A stretch of DNA of 64,000 nt from an uncultured bacterium (GTDB taxonomy: Bacteria > Abyssobacteria > SURF-5). Location: contig CAZSKP010000001.1 of the NCBI GenBank assembly GCA_964607485.1, forward strand, positions 153,941-217,940, read 5' to 3'. Position 1 is the stretch's first letter, and every line of letters starts with the position of its first letter. The position numbers were made by a program, and so were the translations under genes. Below are positions 1 through 12,067 of the stretch, one piece after another. Below the pieces are notes generated by a model. That model was not told the origin of the DNA and did not search any database. It saw only the letters and a list, made by a program, of their open reading frames with translations.

Positions 1-15
1 TCAAGAGATAGGTCA

Positions 16-31
16 GTGGGGAAATATGGGG
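16..31 (+). promoter_or_regulatory. Probable MraZ autoregulatory boxes
   Basis: TGGGG at 17-21 and 27-31 (10-bp period) directly upstream of mraZ, matching the known TGGG-type direct repeats bound by MraZ; further copies may lie outside the window. Confidence 0.55.
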
Positions 32-41
32 ACTCCCTCAA

Positions 42-482
42 TTGCTACTATTCTCCGGAACCTACAAATACTCCCTTGACGAAAAAAATCGCCTGATCAT
101 TCCCGTCAAATTTCGGGAGATCCTCAGTGCCGAAGGCGTCGATAAACTGTACCTCGTCAAGGGAGATTCTCACCTCTACGTCTTCCCGCTTCCGGTTTTC
201 GTCGAACTCTCCGAAAAACTCAAATCCTGGGACTTCACCAAAGAAGCCAATCAAGACTATGTTCGACTGCTCTTCTCCGACGCGTTCGACGTCGTGCTCG
301 ACAAGCAAGGCAGGGTCATACTGCGCAAAGAGATGTGTGACGAAGTCGGCATCGACCGTGAGGCTATCATCGTCGGCGTCCTGAACCGAATGGAAATATG
401 GTCGCCTGAGCGGTGGAAAGAATTCCGAGGAAAGTCCACCCTCCGGGGATTCTCTGCGAATCTTGATGCACATTCGCAGTAA
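42..482 (+). CDS. mraZ: Division/cell wall cluster transcriptional repressor MraZ
   Basis: Two SpoVT/AbrB-type motifs (LDEKNRLIIP, LDKQGRVIL), GVLNRMEIWS; first gene of dcw cluster; TTG start. Confidence 0.95.
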   Translation: MLLFSGTYKYSLDEKNRLIIPVKFREILSAEGVDKLYLVKGDSHLYVFPLPVFVELSEKLKSWDFTKEANQDYVRLLFSDAFDVVLDKQGRVILRKEMCDEVGIDREAIIVGVLNRMEIWSPERWKEFRGKSTLRGFSANLDAHSQ

Positions 483-527
483 TAATAGCAGAACTTGGGG
501 CGAACAGTCAAAGGAGGACAAGCCAAA

Positions 528-902
528 GTGGGAGTCGAATTCGAGAAAGTGGATCGCGAACACGTATCGGTGCTGAAAATCTCGGGCAACCTCGACACCT
601 CCACCTCCAAGCTCCTCAAGAAAGCCCTCACGGAACTCATCAGAGAGGAGCACTACAACATCGTGGTGGACATGAAGAAGGTGGTGCAGATCAACTACAT
701 GGGGGTCGGCACGCTCCTCGAGCGACTGAGGCAGTTGCGAAGGCTCAGCGGCGACCTGAAGCTCGCGGGCCTGAACAGGGTCACCCGCAAGGCCCTCAGC
801 ATGGTTGGCGCGTCGAAGGTTTTCGAGACTTACGACACCGAAGATGACGCGGTAGCGAGTTTCGCGGTCAGGGAGGAAGACGCGAAGGCCGTTGGCGTCT
901 GA
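528..902 (+). CDS. STAS-domain (anti-sigma factor antagonist-like) protein
   Basis: VLKISGNLD, IVVDMKKV, GDLKLAGL, VFETYDTEDDAVASF fit the STAS fold; GTG at 528 follows SD AAGGAGG (511-517). Confidence 0.85.
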   Translation: MGVEFEKVDREHVSVLKISGNLDTSTSKLLKKALTELIREEHYNIVVDMKKVVQINYMGVGTLLERLRQLRRLSGDLKLAGLNRVTRKALSMVGASKVFETYDTEDDAVASFAVREEDAKAVGV

Positions 903-1869
903 ACGGAATAATGCGGCAAGCGGTCCGGCCCATGCGACGGTTCTGCGAGAGGCGGCAGTTGACCTGCTCGCGTGTTCGCCGGGTAACGTGGTTGTGGACG
1001 GCACGGTCGGCGGCGGGGGGCACGCCGAGCTGATTCTCGAACGAATCGGCCCGACCGGCCGCCTGATCGGAATTGATTGGGACCGCAGGGCCATCGAGCT
1101 TGCGCGCGAGCGATTGGGCGCCGCGCCCAATGTTACGCTGGTTCGCGAAAATTTTCGGAGCCTGGCGGAGATATTGGAGCGCATGGGTTTGGCCGGGATG
1201 GACTCCCTGCTATTGGATTTGGGCCTCTCCTCATTTCAACTCGAAGAAGCAAACCGGGGTTTCAGCTTCAGGGCAGAAGGCCCTCTGGACATGCGGATGA
1301 GCGAGCGGATGCAGGCCACGGCGGCCGACATAATCAACACTTATTCCGAGCGAGAAATCGCAGACCTCCTGAGGAGATTCGGAGAGGAGCCGAATGCTCG
1401 GAGGATTGCGAAGGCAGTCGTCGGGCAGCGCGCAAAGGGCGCCATCCGCACGACGAGCGAGTTGGCCGATATCGTTCGGAGATGCGCGCCGCAGCGACCT
1501 CACCGCGCCAAGATAGACCCCGCCACAAGGACGTTTCAGGCGCTTCGCATCGAGGTCAATTCGGAGCTCGACAATCTCCAAAACGTCCTGGACGACGGCA
1601 TCTCATTGCTCAGGCCGAAGGGTCGCATATGCGTGATATCGTTTCATTCGCTCGAGGACAGGATAGTCAAGCAGACGTTTGCCCGGGCCGCTCGGGGGTG
1701 TGTCTGCCCGCCCGAGCTGCCGCAGTGCGTGTGCGGACGGAAACCCGTGTTGAGGATATTGACGCCGAAACCCGTCAGACCGTCGAAAGAGGAAGTTGGG
1801 GCGAATCCTCGTTCCCGCAGCGCCAAGCTGAGGGCCGGCGAGAAGGTTGCGGGGGAGACATCGCATTGA
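892..1869 (+). CDS. rsmH: 16S rRNA m4C1402 methyltransferase
   Basis: DGTVGGGGHA, DLGLSSFQL, PLDMRM, ATRTFQALRIEVN, ISFHSLEDRIVK, NPRSRSAKLR. Confidence 0.97.
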   Translation: MASERNNAASGPAHATVLREAAVDLLACSPGNVVVDGTVGGGGHAELILERIGPTGRLIGIDWDRRAIELARERLGAAPNVTLVRENFRSLAEILERMGLAGMDSLLLDLGLSSFQLEEANRGFSFRAEGPLDMRMSERMQATAADIINTYSEREIADLLRRFGEEPNARRIAKAVVGQRAKGAIRTTSELADIVRRCAPQRPHRAKIDPATRTFQALRIEVNSELDNLQNVLDDGISLLRPKGRICVISFHSLEDRIVKQTFARAARGCVCPPELPQCVCGRKPVLRILTPKPVRPSKEEVGANPRSRSAKLRAGEKVAGETSH

Positions 1870-2372
1870 AGAGCACACAGAAAAAGAAAAAGCCGGACAA
1901 GAAAAAGAAAAGACGTCCGAAAAGCATCGCCAAGCGGAATCTGAAACATTCGCTCCGCTTTCTTCCCGCGGGTATTCTGCTTATGGTAACCGCCTTCATA
2001 TATACGTGGCAGCATACCCGCCTGACCATCATCGTGCTTCCCATCGAAGACTTGAGGGCCAAGAAAAGAGACCTCATCAAACAGAACGATTCCATCCGCC
2101 TCCGCATCGAACAATTACAAGCTCCCGCACGCATCGAATCGATTGCACGCAACAAGCTGGGGATGGTCTCGCCGCAAAAATGGCAGGTGGTGGCTCTGGA
2201 CGAGCCGACTCAACCGCCGGAAGCGGCCCCCGAGACAAACCAGCTGGCCGACCGCAGACCCCCGTCCGCTACAAAATCGGCCGGACTGTTTGGATTCCTG
2301 AAGAAACACGGAAGTCTTGGCAACACCTCGCAACAACACAAACCGCCGGAGACAACAGAGAAATCCGGTTGA
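1866..2372 (+). CDS. ftsL: Cell division protein FtsL
   Basis: TTG start overlaps rsmH stop (TTGA); basic N-tail, one TM helix, coiled coil, RIESIARNKLGM motif; lies between rsmH and ftsI. Confidence 0.85.
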   Translation: MKSTQKKKKPDKKKKRRPKSIAKRNLKHSLRFLPAGILLMVTAFIYTWQHTRLTIIVLPIEDLRAKKRDLIKQNDSIRLRIEQLQAPARIESIARNKLGMVSPQKWQVVALDEPTQPPEAAPETNQLADRRPPSATKSAGLFGFLKKHGSLGNTSQQHKPPETTEKSG

Positions 2373-2414
2373 AGCAGGTTCTGTGTTTCATCCCGTTGGT
2401 TCGTAAGCTTAGCC

Positions 2415-4456
2415 TTGGAAAGCCTGAAGATGCGAGGAGACCTGGCATTCAAGTCTCCCGGCTCGGTTCTGGCCGGAGAAAAACTGGAGAGTCCCGGCAG
2501 ATTCCGGGCCAAGCTGTGTCTGTGCCTGTTGCTCGCCGGATTCACGGCGGTGGGAATAAAGCTTGTGGACATCCAGGTCTTCCAATACGACTTCTGGGTC
2601 CGATACGTTGACGACCAGAGGAAGACCGCCATCATCATCTATCCCCAGCGGGGAACGATTTATGACCGCAACAAGAGGCCCCTGGCGACCTCGGTGGTGC
2701 AAGAGGTTCTCTGCGTGGTTCCGTCACGCGTCACCGACGTTGCGAAGCTTGCCGCCGCCCTGTCTCCGTATGCAAAGATGCCCGCCGGAAAAATTATCGA
2801 GAAGATTCGGAACACCCAGTTGTATCTGATATATCTGCGTCGGGGACTCGACGTGGAGACCGTGGAAAAAATCAAAGCGATGAAGCTCGACGGCGTCGAG
2901 TTCCGCAGCGAAAGCTCGCGTCACTATCCCAAAGGTGTTCTTGCCAGCAACGTGATGGGTTTTGCAAATCTGGACAACAAAGGGTTGGAAGGACTCGAGT
3001 ACAAATTCGACGCCCGACTTGCCGGAGAGGCTGGAAAGCAGATTGTAATCAAAGACAATTCGAGAAGAGAAATCGTGTCGCTTGCCCGAACGGTAAAGGA
3101 AGCGCGCGACGGCGACCATATCGTCTTGACAATCGACGAAATTATTCAGTATATTACCGAGAAGGCGCTTGACGGGATTGTGGAGTCGTTTTCACCCGAT
3201 AGCGTCTCGGCGGTTGTGATAGACCCGAGAACGGGCGAAGTGCTGGCCATGGCGTGCAGGCCGACCTTCGTTCCCAATAAGCCGTCCACCTACAAGGCTG
3301 AAAGGCTCCGAAACCGCGTCGTAACGGATGTATTTGAGCCGGGCTCCTCGTTCAAACCGATAGCGGCCGCTGCTGCGCTCGAGGGCAACGTGATCACTCC
3401 GGAAGATCGCGTGTACTGCGAGCTTGGCTTACTGCGATATCACGGCCATACCTTCCACGACGTCCATCCCTTCGCCGAGATATCGTTCGCCGATGTGATA
3501 GCGCAGTCGAGCAACATCGGCATGATCAAGGTTGTAAGCCTGCTCGAGCCGCAGTACCTTTACAGCTACATCAGTGGTTTCGGATTCGGAAAGCTCACCG
3601 GAATCGACCTCCCCGGAGAATCTGCTGGAATCGTCCATCCGCCGTCGAAGTGGTCAGGCCTTTCAATGGGGTCGATCCCCATCGGCCAGGAAATAAGCGT
3701 GACATGTTTGCAGCTTGCGGTCGCCTTTTCCGCCATCGCAAACGACGGGGTCCTGATGAGACCGTATCTGGTCTCGGAAGTCTTGAGTCCTAAATTGGAA
3801 ACTCTCGAAAAGAACCGTCCCCAATCCGTTCGACCGGTGATAAAGCCAAAGACCGCAAAGAGTCTGAAGAAAATGTTGGAGCGCGTGGTAACTTCCGGCA
3901 CCGGCGAGGAGGCGAGGCTCGCCGGGTACGATTGCGCGGGGAAGACGGGAACCGCGCAAAAGCCCGACCTCTTGAACGGGGGCTATTACGATCACAAATA
4001 TGTCTCCGTATTCGCAGGATTTGTCTCGGCTGAGGACACTGTGGCCTGCATAGTCGTCGTCGCGGACTCGCCCAAGGGAAAGAAATATTACGGGGGACAA
4101 GTGGCTGCCCCCGCGTTCAAGGAAATCGCGCAGGGAATACTGAATCATCTCGAGATTCCCCCCGTGAAGCCCGAGGAGCAGCTTTCTCCCGAGCCCGACA
4201 AGCCGTTGATTGCCCACACTCCGGCAACCAAGGAAGCCTACACGCGACCCCTCGTTCTCAACGACGTGGACGGCGTTCCCATAATGCCGGATGTCAGAGG
4301 GATGACGATGAGGGCGGTACTGGACTTATTGTCCGAATATTCCTCCCGCTTCGAGTTCGAGGGCTCGGGCGTTGCATTCCGTCAGGAGCCGGCTCCGAAG
4401 GAAAAGATATTGAGCGGGCACAAGTACCAGATCGCCTTCAAGAGAAGAGATGTCCG

Positions 4457-4460
<4 letters not shown>
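2415..4460 (+). CDS. ftsI: Septal class B penicillin-binding protein with C-terminal PASTA domain
   Basis: RGTIYDRN, SxxK (EPGSSFK), SSN, GKTGTAQK; MPDVRGMT PASTA; start uncertain (2415 TTG or 2430 ATG). Confidence 0.95.
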
Positions 4461-5947
<1,487 letters not shown>

Positions 5948-5950
5948 ACG

Positions 5951-7336
5951 ATGGAGAGAATGACAGTCGGTGAATTGGCCGCTCTGTGCGGGGGCAAGCT
6001 GCTGAGGGGCGACCCGAAGTGGGAAGTGCCCGGCATCTCCACCGACAGCCGGACCATTCAAAAGGGCGAGCTCTTTCTCGCCCTGAAGGGAGACCGCTTC
6101 GACGGACACGACTTCGCCGAGGCCGCTCTCGGCAGGGGTGCCGTCGGGGTCGTCGGAGAACGCCGCAGACTGACCGACCTGGCGCAGCAAGCCAATCGTC
6201 ATGCCAGTCTGATAGAGGTCGGCGACACGCTCGCCGCGCTCCATATGCTTGCACAGGGGTATCGCTCGAAGTTCCGCGCGCCGCTCGTCGCCGTGACTGG
6301 AAGCTGCGGCAAGACGACCACGAAGGATATGCTGGCCGGGATTCTCGGCCGGACCCGAAAGACCGTTAAGACGGAAGGCAACCTGAACAACCTGATAGGC
6401 GCGCCCCTGATGCTGTTCCGAATAGATTCGACCACCGAGGCGGCCGTCATCGAAATCGCCTCGAACGCGCCCGGCGAGATCGCGCGGCTCGCCCGAATTC
6501 TGAGACCCACTGCGGGGATAATCACGAACGTCGGCCCCGTGCATCTCGAGGGACTCGCCACCGTCGAGGGTGTGTTCAAGGAGAAAGCTTCCCTCATCCC
6601 TCACATTTCCGCCGACGGATTTCTCGTCGTGAATGGGGAGGACATTCCGGTCGAGCGTGTGCGCCCGATGTTCGGCGGCAAAGTGATCACGTTCGGGCTG
6701 AAGGAATCGGCCGATTTCCATCCGACCGACATCCGGCAGGACGTCAAGACCGGCACGGAATTTCTGATGAACGGCAAGGAGCCACTCCGAATTTCCACCG
6801 TCGGAACACATAACGTGCTGAACGCGCTCGCGGCGGTCGCCGCAGCGACCGTGCTCGGCGTCGATGGCGACTCAATCCGGCAGGGGTTGGAGGGATTCGC
6901 CCCCGGCAAGATGCGGATGGAGGTGCGTGAGCATCGCGGGGCGACAATCGTCAATGACGCATACAACGCCAACCCGCGCGCGATGCGCGAGTCCATCTCT
7001 ACCGTCATGGCAATGCCCGCGAAGAGGAGGATTCTCGCGCTGGGAGACATGCTGGAGCTGGGCGAACACGCGCGCGAGGAGCATCGTTCCCTCGGCCGGT
7101 TCGTCGGCCGGAGCGGCGCCGACCTGCTTTACGTGCGGGGAGACTTTAGCTCCGAAGTCAGGGACGGCGCGGTCGAGGGCGGCATGCAGTCCGAGCGAGT
7201 GTACTGCTGCGCCGACGCCGCCGAGATCGCCACATCCCTCAAGTATATTCTCGGTCCCGACGACCTGTTGCTGGTGAAAGGCTCCAGGGGGATGCGGATG
7301 GAACAGGTTGTCCAACTGCTTTTGGAAGAAGAATAA
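5951..7336 (+). CDS. murF: UDP-MurNAc-tripeptide--D-Ala-D-Ala ligase
   Basis: VTGSCGKTTTK, GNLNN, NDAYNANP, LGDMLELG, LVKGSRG. Confidence 0.97.
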   Translation: MERMTVGELAALCGGKLLRGDPKWEVPGISTDSRTIQKGELFLALKGDRFDGHDFAEAALGRGAVGVVGERRRLTDLAQQANRHASLIEVGDTLAALHMLAQGYRSKFRAPLVAVTGSCGKTTTKDMLAGILGRTRKTVKTEGNLNNLIGAPLMLFRIDSTTEAAVIEIASNAPGEIARLARILRPTAGIITNVGPVHLEGLATVEGVFKEKASLIPHISADGFLVVNGEDIPVERVRPMFGGKVITFGLKESADFHPTDIRQDVKTGTEFLMNGKEPLRISTVGTHNVLNALAAVAAATVLGVDGDSIRQGLEGFAPGKMRMEVREHRGATIVNDAYNANPRAMRESISTVMAMPAKRRILALGDMLELGEHAREEHRSLGRFVGRSGADLLYVRGDFSSEVRDGAVEGGMQSERVYCCADAAEIATSLKYILGPDDLLLVKGSRGMRMEQVVQLLLEEE

Positions 7337-8437
7337 ATGCTGCATCTGCTGCTGACAAAACTGACGCCGTACGTTTCGGCATTCAACCTGTTCAACTACA
7401 TCACGTTCCGCTCGGCGCTCGCGGCCATGACGTCGCTTGCGCTCAGCATCTTTCTCGGTCCGTGGGTGATCAGAAAGCTGAAAGCGTTGAAGGTGGGACA
7501 ACAGATACGCAGGGAGTACGTGGACGACCTTCACAAGATTCATCAGTACAAGGCAGGCACTCCCACCATGGGTGGCGTGCTCATCATAGGTTCCGTTGCT
7601 GTCGCCACGCTGCTGTGGGCGAACATTCAAAACAGGCTGGTGATAATATCGCTTCTCTGCACGGTATGGCTGGGGATAGTCGGCTTCACCGACGACCTCA
7701 TCAAGATGAGGAAGAAGCGTTCCCTGGGGTTGACTGCTCGACTGAAATTCACGGCGCAGATTGCGTTCGGGCTGGCGCTCGGCATATACCTCTACTACAA
7801 CCCGGTCAACGTGGAATACGGCACAAAGATCGAGCTTCTGTTTTTCAAGAACGTGTACATCTCGCTCGGCTGGCTTTATGTGCCCTTCGTGATTCTCGTG
7901 ATAGTCGGCACTTCGAACGCGGTAAATCTGACCGACGGACTCGACGGGCTGGCCATCGGGTCGGTTGTCATGGCGGCCCTGGCTTACACCGGCATGGCCT
8001 ACCTCGTCGGCCGCACCGACTTCGCACGATATCTCTTCGTCACCTATGTGGCCGGCGCCGGCGAGCTTGCCATTTTCCTGTCGGCGATTGCAGGAGCGGG
8101 CCTGGGATTCCTCTGGTACAACGCACACCCGGCCGACGTTTTCATGGGCGACACGGGCGCGCTTGCGTTGGGCGGCGCGCTGGGCACGGTCGCGATACTC
8201 ATCAAGCAGGAGTTGTTGCTCGTGATTGTCGGGGGTCTGTTCGTCGTCGAGGCCGCATCCGTCATCATTCAGGTGCTTTCATACAAATTGCGCGGGGGCA
8301 AGAGGGTGTTCAAGATGGCTCCGCTCCATCATCATTTCGAGCTCCTGGGCTGGTCTGAAACGAAGGTGACGGTACGGTTCTGGATTATCGCGGCAATCTT
8401 TGCGCTGCTCAGTCTCAGCACGCTGAAGGTGAGATGA
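7337..8437 (+). CDS. mraY: Phospho-MurNAc-pentapeptide transferase
   Basis: GTPTMGG, NAVNLTDGLDGL, FMGDTG, MAPLHHHFE; multi-TM. Confidence 0.98.
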   Translation: MLHLLLTKLTPYVSAFNLFNYITFRSALAAMTSLALSIFLGPWVIRKLKALKVGQQIRREYVDDLHKIHQYKAGTPTMGGVLIIGSVAVATLLWANIQNRLVIISLLCTVWLGIVGFTDDLIKMRKKRSLGLTARLKFTAQIAFGLALGIYLYYNPVNVEYGTKIELLFFKNVYISLGWLYVPFVILVIVGTSNAVNLTDGLDGLAIGSVVMAALAYTGMAYLVGRTDFARYLFVTYVAGAGELAIFLSAIAGAGLGFLWYNAHPADVFMGDTGALALGGALGTVAILIKQELLLVIVGGLFVVEAASVIIQVLSYKLRGGKRVFKMAPLHHHFELLGWSETKVTVRFWIIAAIFALLSLSTLKVR

Positions 8438-9786
8438 CTATGCTCTCGCTCTCGGGGAAGAGGGTGACCGTGGCGGGAATGGGCCTGAGCGGAGCCGCCG
8501 CCGCAAGGCTGCTTCGCAAACAAAACGCGCACGTCACTCTGACGGACGACAAGAGTGAGGACGAATTGGAAGAAGCGATGAAGACGCTTGAGGGCATCGA
8601 CGTCGAGTATCGTCTGGGCCGGATCGACTCGGACCTTCTGCTCGACTCGGACCTGGTGGTCATCAGTCCGGGAGTGCCTTCGGACTTGCCCCAGGTCGAG
8701 CGCGCGCGAAGGGCCGCCGTCGATGTCATCAGCGAGATTGAACTGGCGTACTCGTTCTGCGACGCGCCCATCGTCGCCGTCACGGGAACAAACGGCAAAA
8801 CGACTACGACGATGTTGACTCATCACATAGCCGCTCAGGCCGGACTCAAGGCCGCGCTTGCGGGGAACATCGAGATACCGTTTTCGCGAGTGGTAGGCGA
8901 AGGCCCCTTCGAGGTGGTCGTGCTCGAGGTAAGCAGCTTCCAGTTGGAAAACATAAGGCGTTTCAGGCCGCTGGTCGGAGTTCTCCTGAACATCTCGCCC
9001 GACCACCTCGACCGGTATCGAAGTGTCGACGACTACACCGAGGCCAAACTCTCCCTGTTCAGAAATCAGTCGGCAGGCGACTTCGCCGTGCTCAACCGGG
9101 ACGATGCCGCCGTGGCGCGAATCGCCGCGCGCGTGCATTCCGCGAAGCTCGAGTTCAGCATGCGCGAGGAGGTCGAGCAGGGCGCTTTTCTCCGTGGCAA
9201 CACGCTTGTCGTGCGGTTCGACGGCAGGGAAGAAGAGGTTATGGACGCCGGCGACATCCCGCTCCCCGGCCGGCACAACATAGAAAACGTGCTCGCCGCG
9301 ATAGCCGCCACATTGCCGCTCAAGGTTTCGGCGAAGCGTTGCGCGCAGGCGGTCGCAAGCTTTCCCGGCGTCGAGCACCGACTTGAAAGAGTCCGCGAGA
9401 TAAACGGCGTGCTGTTTGTCAACGATTCGAAAGCGACCAACATCGGAGCTCTCGAGAAGTCGCTCGAGAGTTTCGACAGGCCCATCATATTGATAGCGGG
9501 AGGGCGGGGGAAGAAAAGCGATTACCGAGTCCTCCGGCCGCTCATCGGAAAAAGGGTGAGGGAAATGGTAGTCATAGGCGAGGACGCTCCGCTTCTGGAG
9601 GATGCCTTCGGCGACATCGTCCCGACCCGACGGGCAGAGACTCTCCCCGAGGCCGTCAGGCAGGCGGCGTCGCTCGCGCGGTCGGGCGACTGCGTTCTGC
9701 TCGCTCCCGCGTGCGCGAGCTTCGACATGTTTCTTAACTACGAGCACAGAGGCCGAGTGTTCAAGGAGGCCGTCGAGGGGTTGTGA
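8434..9786 (+). CDS. murD: UDP-MurNAc-L-Ala--D-Glu ligase
   Basis: VTGTNGKTTT, LEVSSFQL, DHLDRY, NDSKATN, PACASFD. Confidence 0.97.
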   Translation: MTMLSLSGKRVTVAGMGLSGAAAARLLRKQNAHVTLTDDKSEDELEEAMKTLEGIDVEYRLGRIDSDLLLDSDLVVISPGVPSDLPQVERARRAAVDVISEIELAYSFCDAPIVAVTGTNGKTTTTMLTHHIAAQAGLKAALAGNIEIPFSRVVGEGPFEVVVLEVSSFQLENIRRFRPLVGVLLNISPDHLDRYRSVDDYTEAKLSLFRNQSAGDFAVLNRDDAAVARIAARVHSAKLEFSMREEVEQGAFLRGNTLVVRFDGREEEVMDAGDIPLPGRHNIENVLAAIAATLPLKVSAKRCAQAVASFPGVEHRLERVREINGVLFVNDSKATNIGALEKSLESFDRPIILIAGGRGKKSDYRVLRPLIGKRVREMVVIGEDAPLLEDAFGDIVPTRRAETLPEAVRQAASLARSGDCVLLAPACASFDMFLNYEHRGRVFKEAVEGL

Positions 9787-10913
9787 TGCGAAACGACGAA
9801 TTCAAATTTCTGCTTATCATCACGGGGCTGCTTCTCTTCTTCGGCCTCACGATGGCATACAGCGCGAGCGCGTCGGTCGGTGAGAAGATGATGGGGGATG
9901 ACTATTATTACCTCAAGCGAATGATAGCGTTTGCGGTGGTGGGCTCAATCGGGTTGATTCTCGCGGCAGTCATTCATTACGAGACGTGGACTCGACACTG
10001 GCCGATCTTTTACGGGGTTTCGGTGGTGGGTCTGCTTCTCGTGTTTACGTCTATGGGAGTACAGGTGGGCGAGGCCAGAAGGAGCCTCAACCTCGGGTTC
10101 ATTACGGTACAGCCGTCGGAGTTCGCGCGACTGGCGGCCGTGTTCTTCCTCGCGAGCTTCTGCGCGAGGAAGGCTGAGCATCTGAAAAATCTGAAGAAGG
10201 GCTTCATTCCGGCCATGGCGGCCGTGTCGGTGCTGGCGGGGCTCATTCTGGCCGGGCGCGACCTCGGCATACCGGTCACCATCGGACTGACCGCGCTCTT
10301 TGTCCTCTTCATTGCCGGCGCCAACGTTCTCCACCTGGCGGCGACCGCAGGCGCGGCGGCGGTGTCGCTGGTGCTGCTCATCGTCATCGAGCCCTATCGA
10401 ATGCACCGGCTGATAGCGTTCATCGACCCTTGGGAGGACCCCAAGCGCTATGGTTGGCAGATAATCCAGTCGATGGCAGCCCTGGGCAGCGGCGGCGTTT
10501 GGGGAGTCGGCCCCGGACGCGGACTCCAGAAGTGTCTCTATCTGCCGGCGGCGCACACCGATTTCGTTTTTTCGATTATCGGCGAGGAGCTGGGGTTGGT
10601 CGGGACAATGGTCATCAACCTCGCCTTCGCTTTGCTTGCGGTGGTCGGAACCCGCATCGCGCTGAAGGCGACCAACAGGGAGGCCTCGTTCCTCGCACTC
10701 GGGCTCAGCTTCATGATTGCCATCACTGCGTTCATCAACATGGCCGTCGCGGTTGACATGCTTCCGACGAAAGGCATCACTCTGCCGCTCGTGAGCTACG
10801 GCGGCAGCTCGCTCTTAACAAACATGATCGCGGTTGGGATACTTATGAATATTGCGCGCCTGTCGATGGAGCGGGAAAAGTTGCAGCCCATTCCGATGAT
10901 GAGCGGAATGTAA
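9783..10913 (+). CDS. ftsW: SEDS peptidoglycan polymerase FtsW
   Basis: QPSEF, YLPAAHTDF, PTKGITLPLVSYGGSS; multi-TM. Confidence 0.96.
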   Translation: MMRNDEFKFLLIITGLLLFFGLTMAYSASASVGEKMMGDDYYYLKRMIAFAVVGSIGLILAAVIHYETWTRHWPIFYGVSVVGLLLVFTSMGVQVGEARRSLNLGFITVQPSEFARLAAVFFLASFCARKAEHLKNLKKGFIPAMAAVSVLAGLILAGRDLGIPVTIGLTALFVLFIAGANVLHLAATAGAAAVSLVLLIVIEPYRMHRLIAFIDPWEDPKRYGWQIIQSMAALGSGGVWGVGPGRGLQKCLYLPAAHTDFVFSIIGEELGLVGTMVINLAFALLAVVGTRIALKATNREASFLALGLSFMIAITAFINMAVAVDMLPTKGITLPLVSYGGSSLLTNMIAVGILMNIARLSMEREKLQPIPMMSGM

Positions 10914-10940
10914 CTAGTTGTCGCAACCACAGGGTGTCTT

Positions 10941-12044
10941 ATGAAAGTCGCACTTGCCGGGGGCGGGACGGGTGGACACGTCTTCCCCGCAGTCGCCATA
11001 GCGGAAGAGCTGAAGAGGCGCGACCCGCACCTGCAGCTCATGTATCTTGGGAAAAGCGGCTCCATAGAGGAGCGGATTGCCGCCGACAAGATGATCCCGT
11101 TTCGGTCTATCATCGTCGAGGGGCTGCCCAGAGAGAACGTGCTCAAAAAGCTGCGTTCCGCCGTGAGCAGCGGGGTCGGCCTGTTGCAGTCACTGGCGAT
11201 CCTGTTTCGGTTTCGGCCGCACGTGGTCATCGGAACGGGCGGCTACGCGAGCCTTCCGCCCATACTCGCGGCGAGTATCCTACGCATTCCGACGCTGATA
11301 CACGAGCAAAACTGCGTTCCGGGCAAGGCGAATCGCCTGTGTTCGCGGTTTGCAGACATCGTCACCGTCCACTTCGAGGAATCCCAACGGTATTTCCCGG
11401 AAAAGGCGCCCCGCATTGTCGGCAACCCGATTCGCTCGGATTTTCTTCCGGAGCGGCTCAAGACAATCGACCGGGCGGAATCGAAGCGAAAGCTGGGGCT
11501 GGGTCCGGACAAGTTCACCATCTTCGTTCTGGGCGGCAGCCGCGGAGCTCATTCGCTCAACGCCGCGCTCGTCGATGCGCTTCCGCACCTCGACCCGCGC
11601 CGGTTCCAGCTCGTGTGTATGACGGGAAAGGACGATTACAGGTGGGTTCGCGACGCGTGCGAGAAGGCGGGCGTCACCGCCGCCGTCTTTCAATTCATCG
11701 ACGACATGGTGGCCGCCTACAGCGCGGCCGACCTTGCCGTTTCGCGGGCGGGAGCGAGCACGCTTGCCGAGCTCGCGGCCATGGGCCTGCCCGCGATACT
11801 GGTTCCTTACCCGCATGCGACCGACCGGCACCAGGAGCTCAACGCTCGCGCGCTGGCCGAGGCCGGCGCGGCGCAGATGATAATGAACGGCGAGCTTCGG
11901 GGAGATGTGCTCGCGGAAAAGATACAGTCGCTCGCGGGGGACGAGCAGACGCTCGACCTCATGCGCTCACGCAGCAAACGGCTCGGCAGGCCCGACGCAT
12001 CCGAGAGAGTTGTGAATATACTTTTTGAATTTGTGTTCGAATAG
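10941..12044 (+). CDS. murG: Lipid II GlcNAc transferase
   Basis: GGGTGGHVFP, GTGGY, HEQN, GGSRGA, SRAGAST, HQELNA. Confidence 0.97.
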   Translation: MKVALAGGGTGGHVFPAVAIAEELKRRDPHLQLMYLGKSGSIEERIAADKMIPFRSIIVEGLPRENVLKKLRSAVSSGVGLLQSLAILFRFRPHVVIGTGGYASLPPILAASILRIPTLIHEQNCVPGKANRLCSRFADIVTVHFEESQRYFPEKAPRIVGNPIRSDFLPERLKTIDRAESKRKLGLGPDKFTIFVLGGSRGAHSLNAALVDALPHLDPRRFQLVCMTGKDDYRWVRDACEKAGVTAAVFQFIDDMVAAYSAADLAVSRAGASTLAELAAMGLPAILVPYPHATDRHQELNARALAEAGAAQMIMNGELRGDVLAEKIQSLAGDEQTLDLMRSRSKRLGRPDASERVVNILFEFVFE

Positions 12045-12067
12045 ACTCGACGATACGGAGGAATGAA

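Noticed and set aside
1077-1865. N-terminal extension of the 431-aa ORF containing ftsL
   Set aside because: Overlaps rsmH out of frame; the FtsL-like sequence starts at TTG 1866
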